DNA of 59,103 nt, the filler included. It is 7 parts of 7 records of this genome, joined end to end, with 100 filler letters (N's around TTAATTAATTAA, not from the genome) between each part and the next. Parts side by side here need not be neighbours in the genome. Positions count along the whole stretch, not along the records: positions 37,271 to 43,209 come from SRR31147125_47760; positions 43,310 to 59,103 come from SRR31147125_47775; 5 more parts are not named here. One strand, 5' to 3'. The position numbers were made by a program, and so were the translations under genes. Positions 40,710 through 51,059 of this stretch are shown here, piece by piece. The notes under the pieces were generated by a model, which made no database searches, was not told where the DNA came from, and was given only the letters and a program-made list of their open reading frames with translations. Position 1 is the stretch's first letter. Each line of letters opens with the position of its first letter.

Positions 40710-43209
40710 TTAAAATGTTACATTTACTCCAAAAAGGAAATTACGTGTAGCAGGTGTATTGAAACCTACAACACTAACACGGTCCTTCACAACTCCACTA
40801 TTGTTGCTTGGTGCTACCGCTTGAGTATAGACATCGTCACTTTTTGAATTCGGCTGAGGATCAAGTCCGGTTTCTGAATAATAATCTGAAGCAAAGATCA
40901 ATGGATTTTGAGCGGTTATATACACTCTTAGTCTCTCCATATTTATTCTTTTCAGTAACTCCATGTCAAAATTATAAGCCAATGTTATATTTGAAATTTT
41001 TACATAGGTTGCATCAAAATAAGCTAACGTGCTTCCGTACTTTGGATGGTTTGTTACTTCCGGCCCATAAGGTTTCGGATATGCATTTGTAGGATTACTT
41101 TCTGTCCAATAATCGATTTTTATTTGTCCTCTGCGACCGTTGTTCATGTTTAAATAGGCTGTAGGCGAATGGATAGAACTTACTAACAACCCACCACTTT
41201 TGAAATGCCCAATAACTGATAATTCTAATCCTTTATAACCAATTTGTGTATTGAAACCACCTTGAAAATCAGGTTCAATTGATCCTAAAACCTGACGGTC
41301 GTCGTCTTCAAGCGTTTCACCTTGGCCAATTTGCCTTGTTGGTGTACCATCAGTGTTGAAGTCTCCGGTATATTCAACCTTAATCATGCCAACTTCACCG
41401 GTTGAACCTTCGTATTGAGTTACCAAATCTTCTTCTCCCAGCTGCCAAATACCTATTTTTTTGAAATCGTAGATAGCATCTATTGGTTGCCCTACAAACC
41501 AACCATTGCCTTTATCATATTCTTGTCCACTGGCCAATGAAATAATTTTATTTTGATTTGCATATATATTAAAACCTAAACTCCAAAATAATCCATCGTT
41601 ATTTTTTATAATTGTCGAATTCAGAGATAGCTCAAAACCCTTATTTTCTGTTTCCCCGATATTTGTAAGATAAGTATCTGTAACACCTGAAGTTCTGGGT
41701 AGACTTTGAGCTACAAGCACATCTTTTGTTTTTTGAGTATAATATTCGAATGTACCTGTAATGCGGTTGTTAAGAATTCCGAAATCCAGTCCGTAATTCC
41801 AGGTAGAAGAATATTCCCAACCTAAATTATAATTAGGAGATTTGGATACGTAATACCCACTCACGTTTTTCTCTCCAAAGTTATAATAGTTTACAGCCAA
41901 CGCCCCTAGTGTTTGATAAGGTTTTACCGCTTGATTTGAGGTTTGTCCATAGCCCAGTCTGGGTTTCAAAAAGCTGAGCCAGCTTACAGATTTCAAAAAA
42001 TCCTCGTTTGTTGCATTCCAACCAAGAGAAACTGCAGGATAAGTATGCCACTTTTCCCCATCGGCAAGAACAGAAGAACCATCACTACGAACAGTAAAAG
42101 TAAGCATGTATTTATTATCAAATGCATAATTGGCACGAAACATAGCAGACACTAACCCTCTTTTGTAGTAATCTTGGTCTTCAGGATCAATAGTTATTTC
42201 TCCATCATCATTTATTAATCCGAAATTGTAATGTTGAAGATAGTCGGCAGCAATTCCCTCTGCTGAGATATTAGAAATGTTGCTTTCTGTCTGTTCAGCA
42301 GAGTACATCCCAACTAAACCAATTTTATGTTTTTGTGCGAACGTTTTGTCATAATACAAAAGATTTTCTATGACCCAGTTTGTTGTCAAATCGTTTTCGA
42401 TTTCTGCATTTGACAAATCGTTGCTGTTATATGGTGTTCTTCCTCCTTTGAAATTACCATAATTACTCTGGCGAAAGTTAAGGCCCAAATTCATACGGTA
42501 TTTTAAACCATCAAGAATTTTCAATTCCCCATAAATGTTATTATATGAGGCATATGTTCTGCGTTCGTCCTTCAATGCATCTCCAATATCATTTGCCATC
42601 AATGGATTGAAATAAGTATCTAAATTGTTAATTGCCATGGGCTCGGTTTTTATTGAACCATCGTCATTGTAAGGATTTGTTGTGGGGGTAATGGAAAGAA
42701 TTGCACCAAGAAGGTTGCTCTTTTCTCCCTCAATAACAGAATAAGAGCTTATTGTACTCATTCCTAATTTAATGCGTTTGCCAATACTTTTATCGAAATT
42801 GCCTCTTAAGGAGAACCTTGCGTATTCCTGATCAGGCAAAACAGAGGTTTCGTCGAAATATCCTAATCCTAAACTGTAACCTCCTTCATTCATGGCACCA
42901 GAGACACTAATATCCTGACTAGTAACCATACCTTTATCAAACATTAAATCCTGCCAATTAGTATTTATTGCTGGATCTTCATCAGCTCCATACTGCCAAC
43001 TTGCACCATTGGCTATTGCTTCGGAACGCCAGTCAACAAATTCGTCACCTTGCATCATTGGATATTCGTTTAAAAGACTTTTAATTCCATAATAGCTATT
43101 AAGATTAACTACAGGTTTTGCAGAAGATAAACCTTGGCCTCGGAATGTAGATATCAATATTACCCCGTTGGAACCACGAGAACCATAAATAGCTGTTGCA
43201 GAAGCATCT
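40710..43209 (-). CDS. susC: SusC/RagA TonB-dependent receptor, 5' partial
   Basis: Frame open to the contig edge (DASATAIYGSRGSNGVILI); barrel motifs RSDGSS, LGWE; C-terminal GVNVTF. Confidence 0.95.
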
Positions 43210-43309
43210 NNNNNNNNNNNNNNNNNNNNNNNNNNNNNNNNNNNNNNNNNNNNTTAATTAATTAANNNNNNNNNNNNNNNNNNNNNNNNNNNNNNNNNNN
43301 NNNNNNNNN
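43210..43309. other. Artificial contig spacer
   Basis: N-run + ttaattaattaa + N-run. Confidence 0.99.
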
Positions 43310-44269
43310 ATCTTTTAATACCGATACACTTTCAATATCTTCCGGGTCAATATCGTTAATCGACATTTCTACTCCATCAACAAGTACGTAAGGTTCTGCA
43401 TCGCTAACCGAACCACTTCCACTGGCAGTTACCAAACCACGGATATTTAAATCCATAGCAGCACCCGGCTCACCACCACTGTTTGTATTCGAAATAATAA
43501 GGTTAGGCACGGCACCTTGTAAAGCTTGTGCAGTATTTGCAACTGCCCTGTCTTCTACAATTTCGCCATCAACTTGCGAAACCGAAGCTGTTAAGTTTAC
43601 TTTTTTCTGTGTTCCGTAACCTACCACAATAACTTCGTCGATACCTTCTATATCGCTTTCCATTATTATGGTGAAGCTTGTTTTATTTGCAACAGGAATT
43701 TCCTGGGCTTTCATCCCTACAAAAGAGACTAGGATTGATTCTGCTGATTCCGGTATTTCAAGATTAAATTCTCCTTCAATATTGGTAACTGTTCCAACGG
43801 TAGTTCCGGCAACTACAACAGAAGCTCCCGGAATAGGCCCGCCTTCGAGATCAGAAACAATACCTGTAATTTTTCGGGTGCCTTGCTGAGAACGCAGTGC
43901 CATTTTTTCTGCTTTACGCACTACAATCTGCCGATCATAAATGTCGTATTCAACACTTTCTTCATCGAAAATTATGTCCAGAATTTCATCGATAGTAGCA
44001 CCTTTTAGGTTCAGATCTACTTTTTTGTCGACGTTAAAATCTTCGTTTTTATACAGAAAGATAAACTTGCTGTTTTTTTCCACATATTCAATAACATTAC
44101 GGATAGTTGAATTTTTCATTTCAATATCCATTTTTGTGCTTTGCGCATAACTTTCAGCGCTCACTGCCATTGAAAAACCAAAAATTAGAATAAAAACGAT
44201 TCGCATAACTTTACTCATTTTTTGTAGCAATCCCGGATCGAGGGAATCGCTCAACCAATTTTTTTTCAT
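43310..44269 (-). CDS. susC: SusC/RagA TonB-dependent transducer with N-terminal signalling extension, 3' partial
   Basis: STN-like region, carboxypeptidase-regulatory-like domain, EVIVVGYGTQKK, plug ending SVLKD. Confidence 0.93.
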
Positions 44270-44320
44270 AAATTTGTTTCACTTAAAGTTTATAAATACT
44301 GTTATTTAGATGGTATTTTA

Positions 44321-44351
44321 AACCGGGAAATGTGCCACCATTTTCCGGTTT
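44321..44351 (-). other. Intercistronic hairpin between fecR and susC
   Basis: Minus strand aaccggaaaatg-gtggca-catttcccggtt immediately after the fecR stop. Confidence 0.6.
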
Positions 44352-44357
44352 GTTTTT

Positions 44358-45548
44358 TTATTTAATCATATATTTCCACTCGTTTATCTTAGTAAACCTC
44401 AATTCGGTTAACCTTTCCAGGTATTCAAATACTTCTTGCTGCTCCTTCGAAACATCTAATTTTCCGGATATTTTTATTGCCCCATCCATAGGATCAGCAT
44501 AATTAAAGCGGACGTTATAGTAGCGTTCCAGCTTTTTAACAATGCGGCTTAAGTCGGTATTCTGAAAACTAAAAATACCTTCTGTCCAAAGGGTATAATA
44601 ATCTACATCAACATTATACACTTTTGTTTCTTTTTTGTTTTTGCTCCAAAGCGCCATTTGCCCGGGCTTTAAAACCACATTTTTTTCAAATAAACCGGCG
44701 TCGGATTCTATTATTTCAACACTTCCTTCGGTTAATACGGTTTGTATCGAATTATCTTCAGGATACGCAGAAACGTTAAATTGGGTTCCTAAAACTTTTA
44801 CCGAAAGGTTCGATGTTTTTACAACAAAAGGCTTCTCCTCATTTTTTTCAACATCGAAAAAAGCTTCTCCAACCAAATATACTTCGCGGTTTTTGTCGAC
44901 AAATTTCGACGGATAAATTAAGCGGCTTCCTGCATTTAGCCACACTTTGGTACCATCGGCCAGGTTAATTGTAGAACGGTTACCATAAGGAATAACCAGG
45001 GTATTCATTCTTGGAGCTTCATCTTTGTTCTCCTCTCCAATAACTTTCTCCTTATTAATTACAATCCCTCCGTCTGCCGAATATTCAATTTCAGATTCTT
45101 CGTTATCAAGAGGAATGTGCTCGTAGTTATCGATAATTAGAACCGGTTCCTTGATATTTTGTGTTACTTCGAAACTTTGTGTTGCAAAATTGGTGTCGTC
45201 ACTATCCATGTACAGATAAACCAAACTTCCACCAATTGCCAGAAACAAAACAGCAACTGCCGCATAGTGCATGGCAATTTTTACAAATGCAAAACGATTT
45301 TTGTTTTTATCAGCCTCTTCTAATTGGCTAATTATTTTTTGTGCCAGTGCTTTCTTTTCCAGTTCCGAAAGCGTTTCGTTTTTATATTGAAGGTGTTTCT
45401 CGAATTGCGATTTGAATTCAAGAATATTTTCTGATTCTGTTGGATTAGACTCCAGGTATTGTTTCCAATAGGATTCAATCTCGAAAGTGGGATGATAAAT
45501 CCACCTAAAAAATAAAGGATTTTCTATTAATCGGTTATATAATTCCAT
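44358..45548 (-). CDS. fecR: FecR family anti-sigma factor
   Basis: Single TM; LADGTKVWLNAGS, GEAFFDV, VLGTQFNV. Confidence 0.95.
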   Translation of the reverse strand: MELYNRLIENPLFFRWIYHPTFEIESYWKQYLESNPTESENILEFKSQFEKHLQYKNETLSELEKKALAQKIISQLEEADKNKNRFAFVKIAMHYAAVAVLFLAIGGSLVYLYMDSDDTNFATQSFEVTQNIKEPVLIIDNYEHIPLDNEESEIEYSADGGIVINKEKVIGEENKDEAPRMNTLVIPYGNRSTINLADGTKVWLNAGSRLIYPSKFVDKNREVYLVGEAFFDVEKNEEKPFVVKTSNLSVKVLGTQFNVSAYPEDNSIQTVLTEGSVEIIESDAGLFEKNVVLKPGQMALWSKNKKETKVYNVDVDYYTLWTEGIFSFQNTDLSRIVKKLERYYNVRFNYADPMDGAIKISGKLDVSKEQQEVFEYLERLTELRFTKINEWKYMIK

Positions 45549-45681
45549 GGTTCGGTTTTCTTTTTACCGATAATAAGAGGAGCAAAAGTTAAAAAGGGGA
45601 CAAAAAAAATTAGTTTTTTTAACTTTTTTTGATTTTTCGCCTCTGATGGTGATTTTGGAAGGTATATCAGAGCAGCAAATT

Positions 45682-46284
45682 CTAACTTTTATTGCTTTGT
45701 TTTAAGCTGAGTACAAAAAAATCGAACATTCCCGGGCCCAACTTATTCTGAATATGTTTTAATAAACGTTGTACCTGTTTTTTTACAGTGTCGGGCTTCA
45801 TGTCGAGCATTTCGCCAATTTCGGCATAGGTAAGTCCGCTGTTGAATTTTAAAAACAACAATTCTCTTTTTTTGGTATCTAAGTTTTTTAACTCACGCTG
45901 CAACAGTTTAATATTTTCTTCCAGCTTCTCCTTCTCCGATACCTCTTCAAGAGAAAATTTTAAATAGAAGTGTTCGAAAAATTCGTTGGTTAAATCCAGC
46001 TTCTGATTTTCTTTTAGCTTTTTAATGATTATTCTTTTCAGCGTTTTAAAAAGGTAAAATTCGAGATACTCGGGCTGTCTTAATTTCGAACCGTATTTAT
46101 AAATATCAATAAATAAATCTTGAATTGAATCTTCCAGCAAATTTTTGTTTGAAGTAATTTTCGAGCCATAGGCAAATAAAACGTCAACAAATTCGTTGTA
46201 GATGGTTTCGAAAGCCTTTCTGTCGCCGGCTTTAAACCGTTCCCATGTTAACTGCCAATATTTTCTATCTGCGTTATTATTCAA
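45682..46284 (-). CDS. ECF RNA polymerase sigma-70 factor
   Basis: GDRKAFETIY, EDSIQDLF, GLTYAEIGEML; adjacent to fecR. Confidence 0.94.
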   Translation of the reverse strand: MNNNADRKYWQLTWERFKAGDRKAFETIYNEFVDVLFAYGSKITSNKNLLEDSIQDLFIDIYKYGSKLRQPEYLEFYLFKTLKRIIIKKLKENQKLDLTNEFFEHFYLKFSLEEVSEKEKLEENIKLLQRELKNLDTKKRELLFLKFNSGLTYAEIGEMLDMKPDTVKKQVQRLLKHIQNKLGPGMFDFFVLSLKQSNKS

Positions 46285-46310
46285 AGTTTATAAATGGTAG
46301 TACTATGCTC

Positions 46311-46318
46311 CAAAAGTA
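46311..46318 (-). promoter_or_regulatory. Bacteroidota housekeeping -7 promoter element for the ECF gene
   Basis: TACTTTTG matches TAnnTTTG, 27 nt upstream of the start. Confidence 0.6.
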
Positions 46319-46394
46319 GCAAATCGGTTTTACGATACAAATTGGAACCAGGACCTGAAAAATTATATTCATAAAGGCAGTATTGAGAAAATCT

Positions 46395-46427
46395 CTATCC
46401 GTAGATAAAATTGCACTATCCATAGAT
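46395..46427 (+). promoter_or_regulatory. LytTR-type direct repeat pair upstream of the Spy-like gene
   Basis: ctatccgtagat (46395) and ctatccatagat (46416), 21-bp period. Confidence 0.7.
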
Positions 46428-46530
46428 TCTTTTTTTGTACCTCTTTCCTTATGATTTTATTTGACAAACATTAGTAAAAACGAAGTAGTCTTACAGACAA
46501 TATTTACAATAAGAATTAAATATTTACAGA

Positions 46531-46974
46531 ATGAAAACAACAGAAAAACAACAAGGTAGAAATTTTTTAATCGTCAACATTAGTGTAATTATTATGCTGA
46601 TTTTATTGGCAACAAGTAACGTAGTTTTTGCACAGCCCGGCGGAGGCGGTCAGCAGGGACCACCAAAAGCACCAAGTACAAAAGAAATTAAAAATATGGT
46701 GTCGGAACTTGCCGACGAAATTGCGTTAAATGAAAAACAAGAAGAACTGGTACTGAATATGTTTAAAGAGCATTTCGAAGAAGTAGAGGATTTAATGGAC
46801 GGTGGCAGACCTGATCGTAATAAGATGGAAGCTTTAGAAACAAAATTCGAGAAACAAGTTTGTGAGGTTTTAACCGAAAAACAGCAAGAACAGTTTTTAG
46901 AATACCAGCAAGAACAGAAACAACAACGAGGACCTGGAGGTGGCCAGGGAGGTCAAGGACAACGTAGGGGATAA
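46531..46974 (+). CDS. Exported helical protein, Spy/CpxP-like (LTxxQ)
   Basis: Signal peptide ending VFA-Q; Gly/Gln-rich termini; LNEKQ and LTEKQ motifs. Confidence 0.75.
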   Translation: MKTTEKQQGRNFLIVNISVIIMLILLATSNVVFAQPGGGGQQGPPKAPSTKEIKNMVSELADEIALNEKQEELVLNMFKEHFEEVEDLMDGGRPDRNKMEALETKFEKQVCEVLTEKQQEQFLEYQQEQKQQRGPGGGQGGQGQRRG

Positions 46975-46999
46975 CCCGAAAAAATATCACATTTTTCAT

Positions 47000-47033
47000 A
47001 AAATGGGAAGATCTGATTTGGTCTTCTCATTTT
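47000..47033 (+). terminator. Terminator after the Spy-like gene
   Basis: aaaatgggaagatc...ggtcttctcatttt followed by gcgttttt. Confidence 0.65.
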
Positions 47034-47083
47034 GCGTTTTTCAGGTGAGTGCACAAACTACAACTGCCATTTCCGAGTATAAA
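47032..47083 (+). pseudogene. 52-bp relic of the 5' part of the DUF1566 gene
   Basis: 43/52 identical to 49880-49931 (36/40 over the first 40 nt); encodes CVFQVSAQTTTAISEYK vs CIFQASAQTTTAIGKYK. Confidence 0.75.
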
Positions 47084-47157
47084 GGAATAGTGAAAAGCTC
47101 GGCTGCGGGTTAAATAAAATTGGCCGGGAGTAATCCTCTTTTTGTATTTTTAATAAA

Positions 47158-47248
47158 CTGTCAATTTATGAAAAATGCCCCTTCATTGATAAAATATGCT
47201 CAAACTTCAATTGGATTTTATTTTCTGCTTACGAAACTCTTTGTTTGT
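47158..47248 (+). promoter_or_regulatory. Promoter region of the CotH gene: weak 21-bp repeat pair plus two blocks shared with the MBL promoter
   Basis: ctgtcaatttat (47158) / cccttcattgat (47179); gctcaaacttcaa (47198) and aaactctttgtttgt (47234). Confidence 0.55.
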
Positions 47249-47330
47249 GGTTAGATAAAAGGATTAATGCAATTGTGTTATTATAAGCGAGTTACATTAA
47301 GACTCGTTGGAGCATATAACGATCAAAGAA

Positions 47331-48722
47331 ATGAAAAATCACCATCTATTTATTGCTACCCTCTTATTACTGGGTTTTGCTGCTTGTCGCAACGACGATT
47401 TAATTAATGAAACAGAAAAAGAGGAAGAAGAAAACGAAATTATTGACACCGAAGATTACACCGATTGGACAGATGCCACACACAGCAAAAGTGCCACACT
47501 CAATTACGATATTGTTTTTAATCAAACAGAAGTCCTTCGTTTTGATATTGAAATTAGCAGCAGCGATTGGGCAGACATGCAATCTGATTTGACATCTATT
47601 TTAGGTTCGGGAGGTTCTCAACCCGGCGCAGCAAGCTCATCTTCCGATCCGATGTGGGTACCGTGTTCTTTCAAATTTAACGACACCGAATGGTACCACG
47701 TTGGTATTCGTTACAAGGGAAATTCAAGCCTAAAAACACCTTACAGCTCAGGCATAAAAAAATTCTCGTTTAAGGTAGATTTCGATCAATTTGAAGACGA
47801 TTACCCGGCAATAAAAAACCAACGATTTTATGGGTTTAAACAACTGAATCTAAAAAATAATTTCAAAGATCCTTCATTTATGCGTGAGAAAATGGGCGCC
47901 GACCTTTTCCGTCAGTCCGGACTGGCTTCATCGCAAACCGCATTTTGTGTGGTGTATGTTGATAATGGCACCGGTCCGCAATATTATGGCCTTTATTCTT
48001 TAGTTGAAGAGGTGGATGATACAGTTATAAAAACACAATTTGCCGATGGTTCCGGGAACTTGTACAAACCGGAACAGAGTGCATCCACATTTGCAAACGG
48101 AACGTACAATACCAGCCAATTGGATTTAAAAACAAATAACGATTCAGCCAATTATTCGGATGTAAAAGCATTGTACGATGTGGTTAACAGCTCGGAAAGA
48201 ATTTCTAATCCCGAAGTCTGGAAAATAAATTTAAAGAGCATTTTTAATGTTGATGGATTTTTGAAATACCTGGCTGCAAATAATGTCATTCAGAACTGGG
48301 ATACCTATGGTCTTGCGCCTCACAATTACTACCTGTACAACAATCCGGAAAATAATTTGCTAACCTGGATTCCATGGGACAATAATCTGGCTTTTCAAAC
48401 AACAGGAAAAGCGGGTGACGCACTTAGCTTTTCGATGGATGAAGTGGGAAGCGAATGGCCCTTAATTCGTTATTTGATTGATCAGCCGGAATACAAAACA
48501 ATTTACGAAACCTACTTGCAGCAATTTATCGAAGAGGTTTTTGTTACAGCCAACATTATTGAAACTTATAACACTTATTTTGAGTTGATAAAAGAATATG
48601 CCTATGCAGAGGAAAGTGGCTATAGCTTTATTGGTAGTAGTGCCGAATTCGATCAGGCTGTTGAAACATTAAAAACACATGTACAATCCCGAAACAGTGC
48701 CGTTACTAGTTATTTGAAGTAA
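47331..48722 (+). CDS. CotH-family kinase lipoprotein
   Basis: Lipobox FAAC; VGIRYKGNSS, LNLKN, YYGLYSLVEEVD, WDTY...HNYYLY, IPWDNNLAF. Confidence 0.92.
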   Translation: MKNHHLFIATLLLLGFAACRNDDLINETEKEEEENEIIDTEDYTDWTDATHSKSATLNYDIVFNQTEVLRFDIEISSSDWADMQSDLTSILGSGGSQPGAASSSSDPMWVPCSFKFNDTEWYHVGIRYKGNSSLKTPYSSGIKKFSFKVDFDQFEDDYPAIKNQRFYGFKQLNLKNNFKDPSFMREKMGADLFRQSGLASSQTAFCVVYVDNGTGPQYYGLYSLVEEVDDTVIKTQFADGSGNLYKPEQSASTFANGTYNTSQLDLKTNNDSANYSDVKALYDVVNSSERISNPEVWKINLKSIFNVDGFLKYLAANNVIQNWDTYGLAPHNYYLYNNPENNLLTWIPWDNNLAFQTTGKAGDALSFSMDEVGSEWPLIRYLIDQPEYKTIYETYLQQFIEEVFVTANIIETYNTYFELIKEYAYAEESGYSFIGSSAEFDQAVETLKTHVQSRNSAVTSYLK

Positions 48723-48729
48723 AATCTTT

Positions 48730-48816
48730 CTATCGATAAAAACCATTGGTTCGTTCATAGAACAGGCTCAAACTTCAAATATATTTCATATTCATCTCAA
48801 TAAACTCTTTGTTTGT
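48730..48816 (+). promoter_or_regulatory. Promoter region of the MBL gene with LytTR-type repeat pair
   Basis: ctatcgataaaa (48730) / tcgttcatagaa (48751); gctcaaacttcaa (48766) and aaactctttgtttgt (48802). Confidence 0.6.
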
Positions 48817-48838
48817 TCTTAAGTCATAGAATTACACA

Positions 48839-49801
48839 ATGGAGAAAAAACAAATACTTCTTTTAAGCTTAGGTATTGTATACCTGTTTTTTGTGAGCAC
48901 CGAAAATTGCAATGCCCAAATATACCCGGAAAGCACAATTGATGGAATCGAGTTTGGTGTAACAATTATAGGTTCCGGAAATCCGCAATACAATCCACAA
49001 CGATCGGGGCCATCGGCGTTAGTACAGTTTAACGGAGTTAAGTTTTTGGTAGATATGGGAAACGGAACCCGGGCACAGCTCGAAAAACTGGGATTCACGA
49101 AAAAGAACAGCCCCGGAGCTTTGCTAATCACACATCACCATTTAGACCACAACGAGGAATTTTTTCCCATGGTGCACCAAAAATTTATGTCACCCGGGGA
49201 GTTTCTAATTGCAGGTCCTGCGCCAATTAAAGAAATGACCGATTATGTGGCTAAATTTTACAACGAAGATCTGGATTACCGAAAAAGCAACCGAGGCCAA
49301 ACCTTCAATGAAAAAAACATAAATGCAAGGGTTAAAGAATTGAAAGGCGAAACTTCTTTCACATATAAAGGAGTAAAAATATCAACTACCGAGGTTCCGC
49401 ATTCCATTTATACGCTGGCTTACCGGTTCGATGCAAATGGGAAATCGGTTGTAATTTCGGGCGACCTTTCGTATACGCCAAACCTTGGGAAATTGGCGAA
49501 AGATGCCGATGTGCTGGTTCTCGACTGTCAGGTAATACGAAAAGGAGCAAACCGCAACCGACAAGGCACTTCAAAAAATAAACGCAGGCCAACCAACAGG
49601 GCACATTCGAGTATCGAAGAAGGAGCAAAAATGGCTGCAGAAGCCGGAGTAAAAACATTAATAATCACTCATCTTTCGAACGCCGCCATCGACGAGGAAG
49701 CAACCAAAGCAAAAGTTGCCGAACAATTTAAAGGACAAGTACTTATTGCCAGCGATTTTTTAACAGTTTCGGGCGACGGAGAAGCTTTTATGCTGAAATA
49801 A
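48839..49801 (+). CDS. Exported MBL-fold hydrolase, RNase Z/arylsulfatase-like
   Basis: Signal peptide; VDMGNG, THHHLDH (HxHxDH), VPHS, ISGD, AHSS, ITHL. Confidence 0.88.
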   Translation: MEKKQILLLSLGIVYLFFVSTENCNAQIYPESTIDGIEFGVTIIGSGNPQYNPQRSGPSALVQFNGVKFLVDMGNGTRAQLEKLGFTKKNSPGALLITHHHLDHNEEFFPMVHQKFMSPGEFLIAGPAPIKEMTDYVAKFYNEDLDYRKSNRGQTFNEKNINARVKELKGETSFTYKGVKISTTEVPHSIYTLAYRFDANGKSVVISGDLSYTPNLGKLAKDADVLVLDCQVIRKGANRNRQGTSKNKRRPTNRAHSSIEEGAKMAAEAGVKTLIITHLSNAAIDEEATKAKVAEQFKGQVLIASDFLTVSGDGEAFMLK

Positions 49802-49838
49802 TAACATATCAAATCGTACATTTATAATCGTGTAAAAA

Positions 49839-51055
49839 ATGAAAAACAGAATAATCATATTAACAATACTACTTGCTACTTGCATTTTTCAGGCGAGTGC
49901 ACAAACCACAACTGCTATTGGTAAATATAAAATTGTTGATACAGGACAAGAAAAATGTTACAACAACAGATTTGAAATGGCCGCGCCGGAGAAAGGGAAC
50001 TTATTTTACGGACAAGATGCACAGCATAAAGGGAACCAGGCTTCGTACACCGATAATGGAGATGGCACAATTACCGACAACGTAAGCGGATTGATGTGGC
50101 AAAAAGGCTTTGAGGCAATGAGTTATGCCGAAGCCGTTGAAAAAGTGAAAAGCTTTAACCTGGCAAACCATACTGATTGGCGCATTCCGAGTCTAAAAGA
50201 GGCTTATTCATTAATTCAGTTTAGTGGTGTTGATGCCAGTAGCCGCGATATGTATAAAGTTCCCCCAAGTGCTAAATCCTTTATAAATACCGATTATTTC
50301 GATTTTGAATATGGAGCAAACGGCGAACGAATTATTGATACACAAATGCTATCGTCGACCGTTTACAAAGGAAAAACAATGGGTCGAAATTCAACCGTTT
50401 TTGGAGTGAACCTAGCCGATGGACGGATAAAAGGCTACCCGATAACAACTCCGCGTGGCGAGAAAAAACACACCGTACGTTTTGTGCGTGGCAATGCCGA
50501 TTATGGTAAAAATAATTTCACCGACAACGGCGATGGAACGATTTCCGATTTGGCAACGGACTTAATGTGGCAAAAAACCGATAGCAAAAAAGGAATGATT
50601 TGGGAAGAAGCGTTGGCTTGGGTAGAAGAAATGAATGCCGAAAATTATTTGGGTCATAACGACTGGAGGCTTCCCAACGCCAAAGAAATGCACAGTTTGC
50701 TCGATTATTCAAACTCGCCACAATCGAATGGAAAACCGGCAATAAACTCTATTTTTGAAACGAGCAAAATAAAAGATGAAGGCGGAGCCGACAATTATCC
50801 TTTTTCTGGACTTCGACCACTTTGGTTGGGCAACGAGGCGGAGCGCAGGCTGTATATATTTGTTTTGGCGAGGCATTGGGTTTTATGCGAACCCGGCGCT
50901 CAAATAAAACTCAATTAATGGATGTACACGGTGCCGGCGCTCAGCGCAGCGACCCGAAAATAGGTGACCCAAAGGATTATCCCAATGGGCGCGGTCCGCA
51001 AGGCGATGTAATACGCATTTATAACTACGCTCGTTTGGTGAGAGACCTAAAATAG
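49839..51055 (+). CDS. Exported protein with two DUF1566 (Lcl C-terminal) domains; -1 frameshift at T5 run 50801-50805
   Basis: Two TDNGDGTI...LMWQ...DWRxP repeats; one extra T restores YPFFWTSTT and joins the 50822 ORF (DVHGAGAQRSDPK, GPQGDV). Confidence 0.9.
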
Positions 51056-51059
51056 AATA

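Noticed and set aside
5783-43309. ttaattaattaa repeated six times, and apparent gene neighbourhoods across the N-runs
   Set aside because: Synthetic six-frame stop linkers. Composition and gene content change at the joins, so no cross-contig linkage was inferred.
43157-43330. The two susC fragments meet at the same motif (...SVLKD / DASATAIYGSRG...) with a 4-nt agat overlap, as if one gene
   Set aside because: This motif is the most conserved part of all SusC paralogues and a natural assembly break point; a 4-nt overlap is not evidence. Read pairs, or both halves hitting the same best homologue, would be needed.
47331-48722. CotH as evidence of sporulation
   Set aside because: CotH kinases are widespread in non-sporulating bacteria; here it is a Bacteroidota lipoprotein with no sporulation genes nearby.
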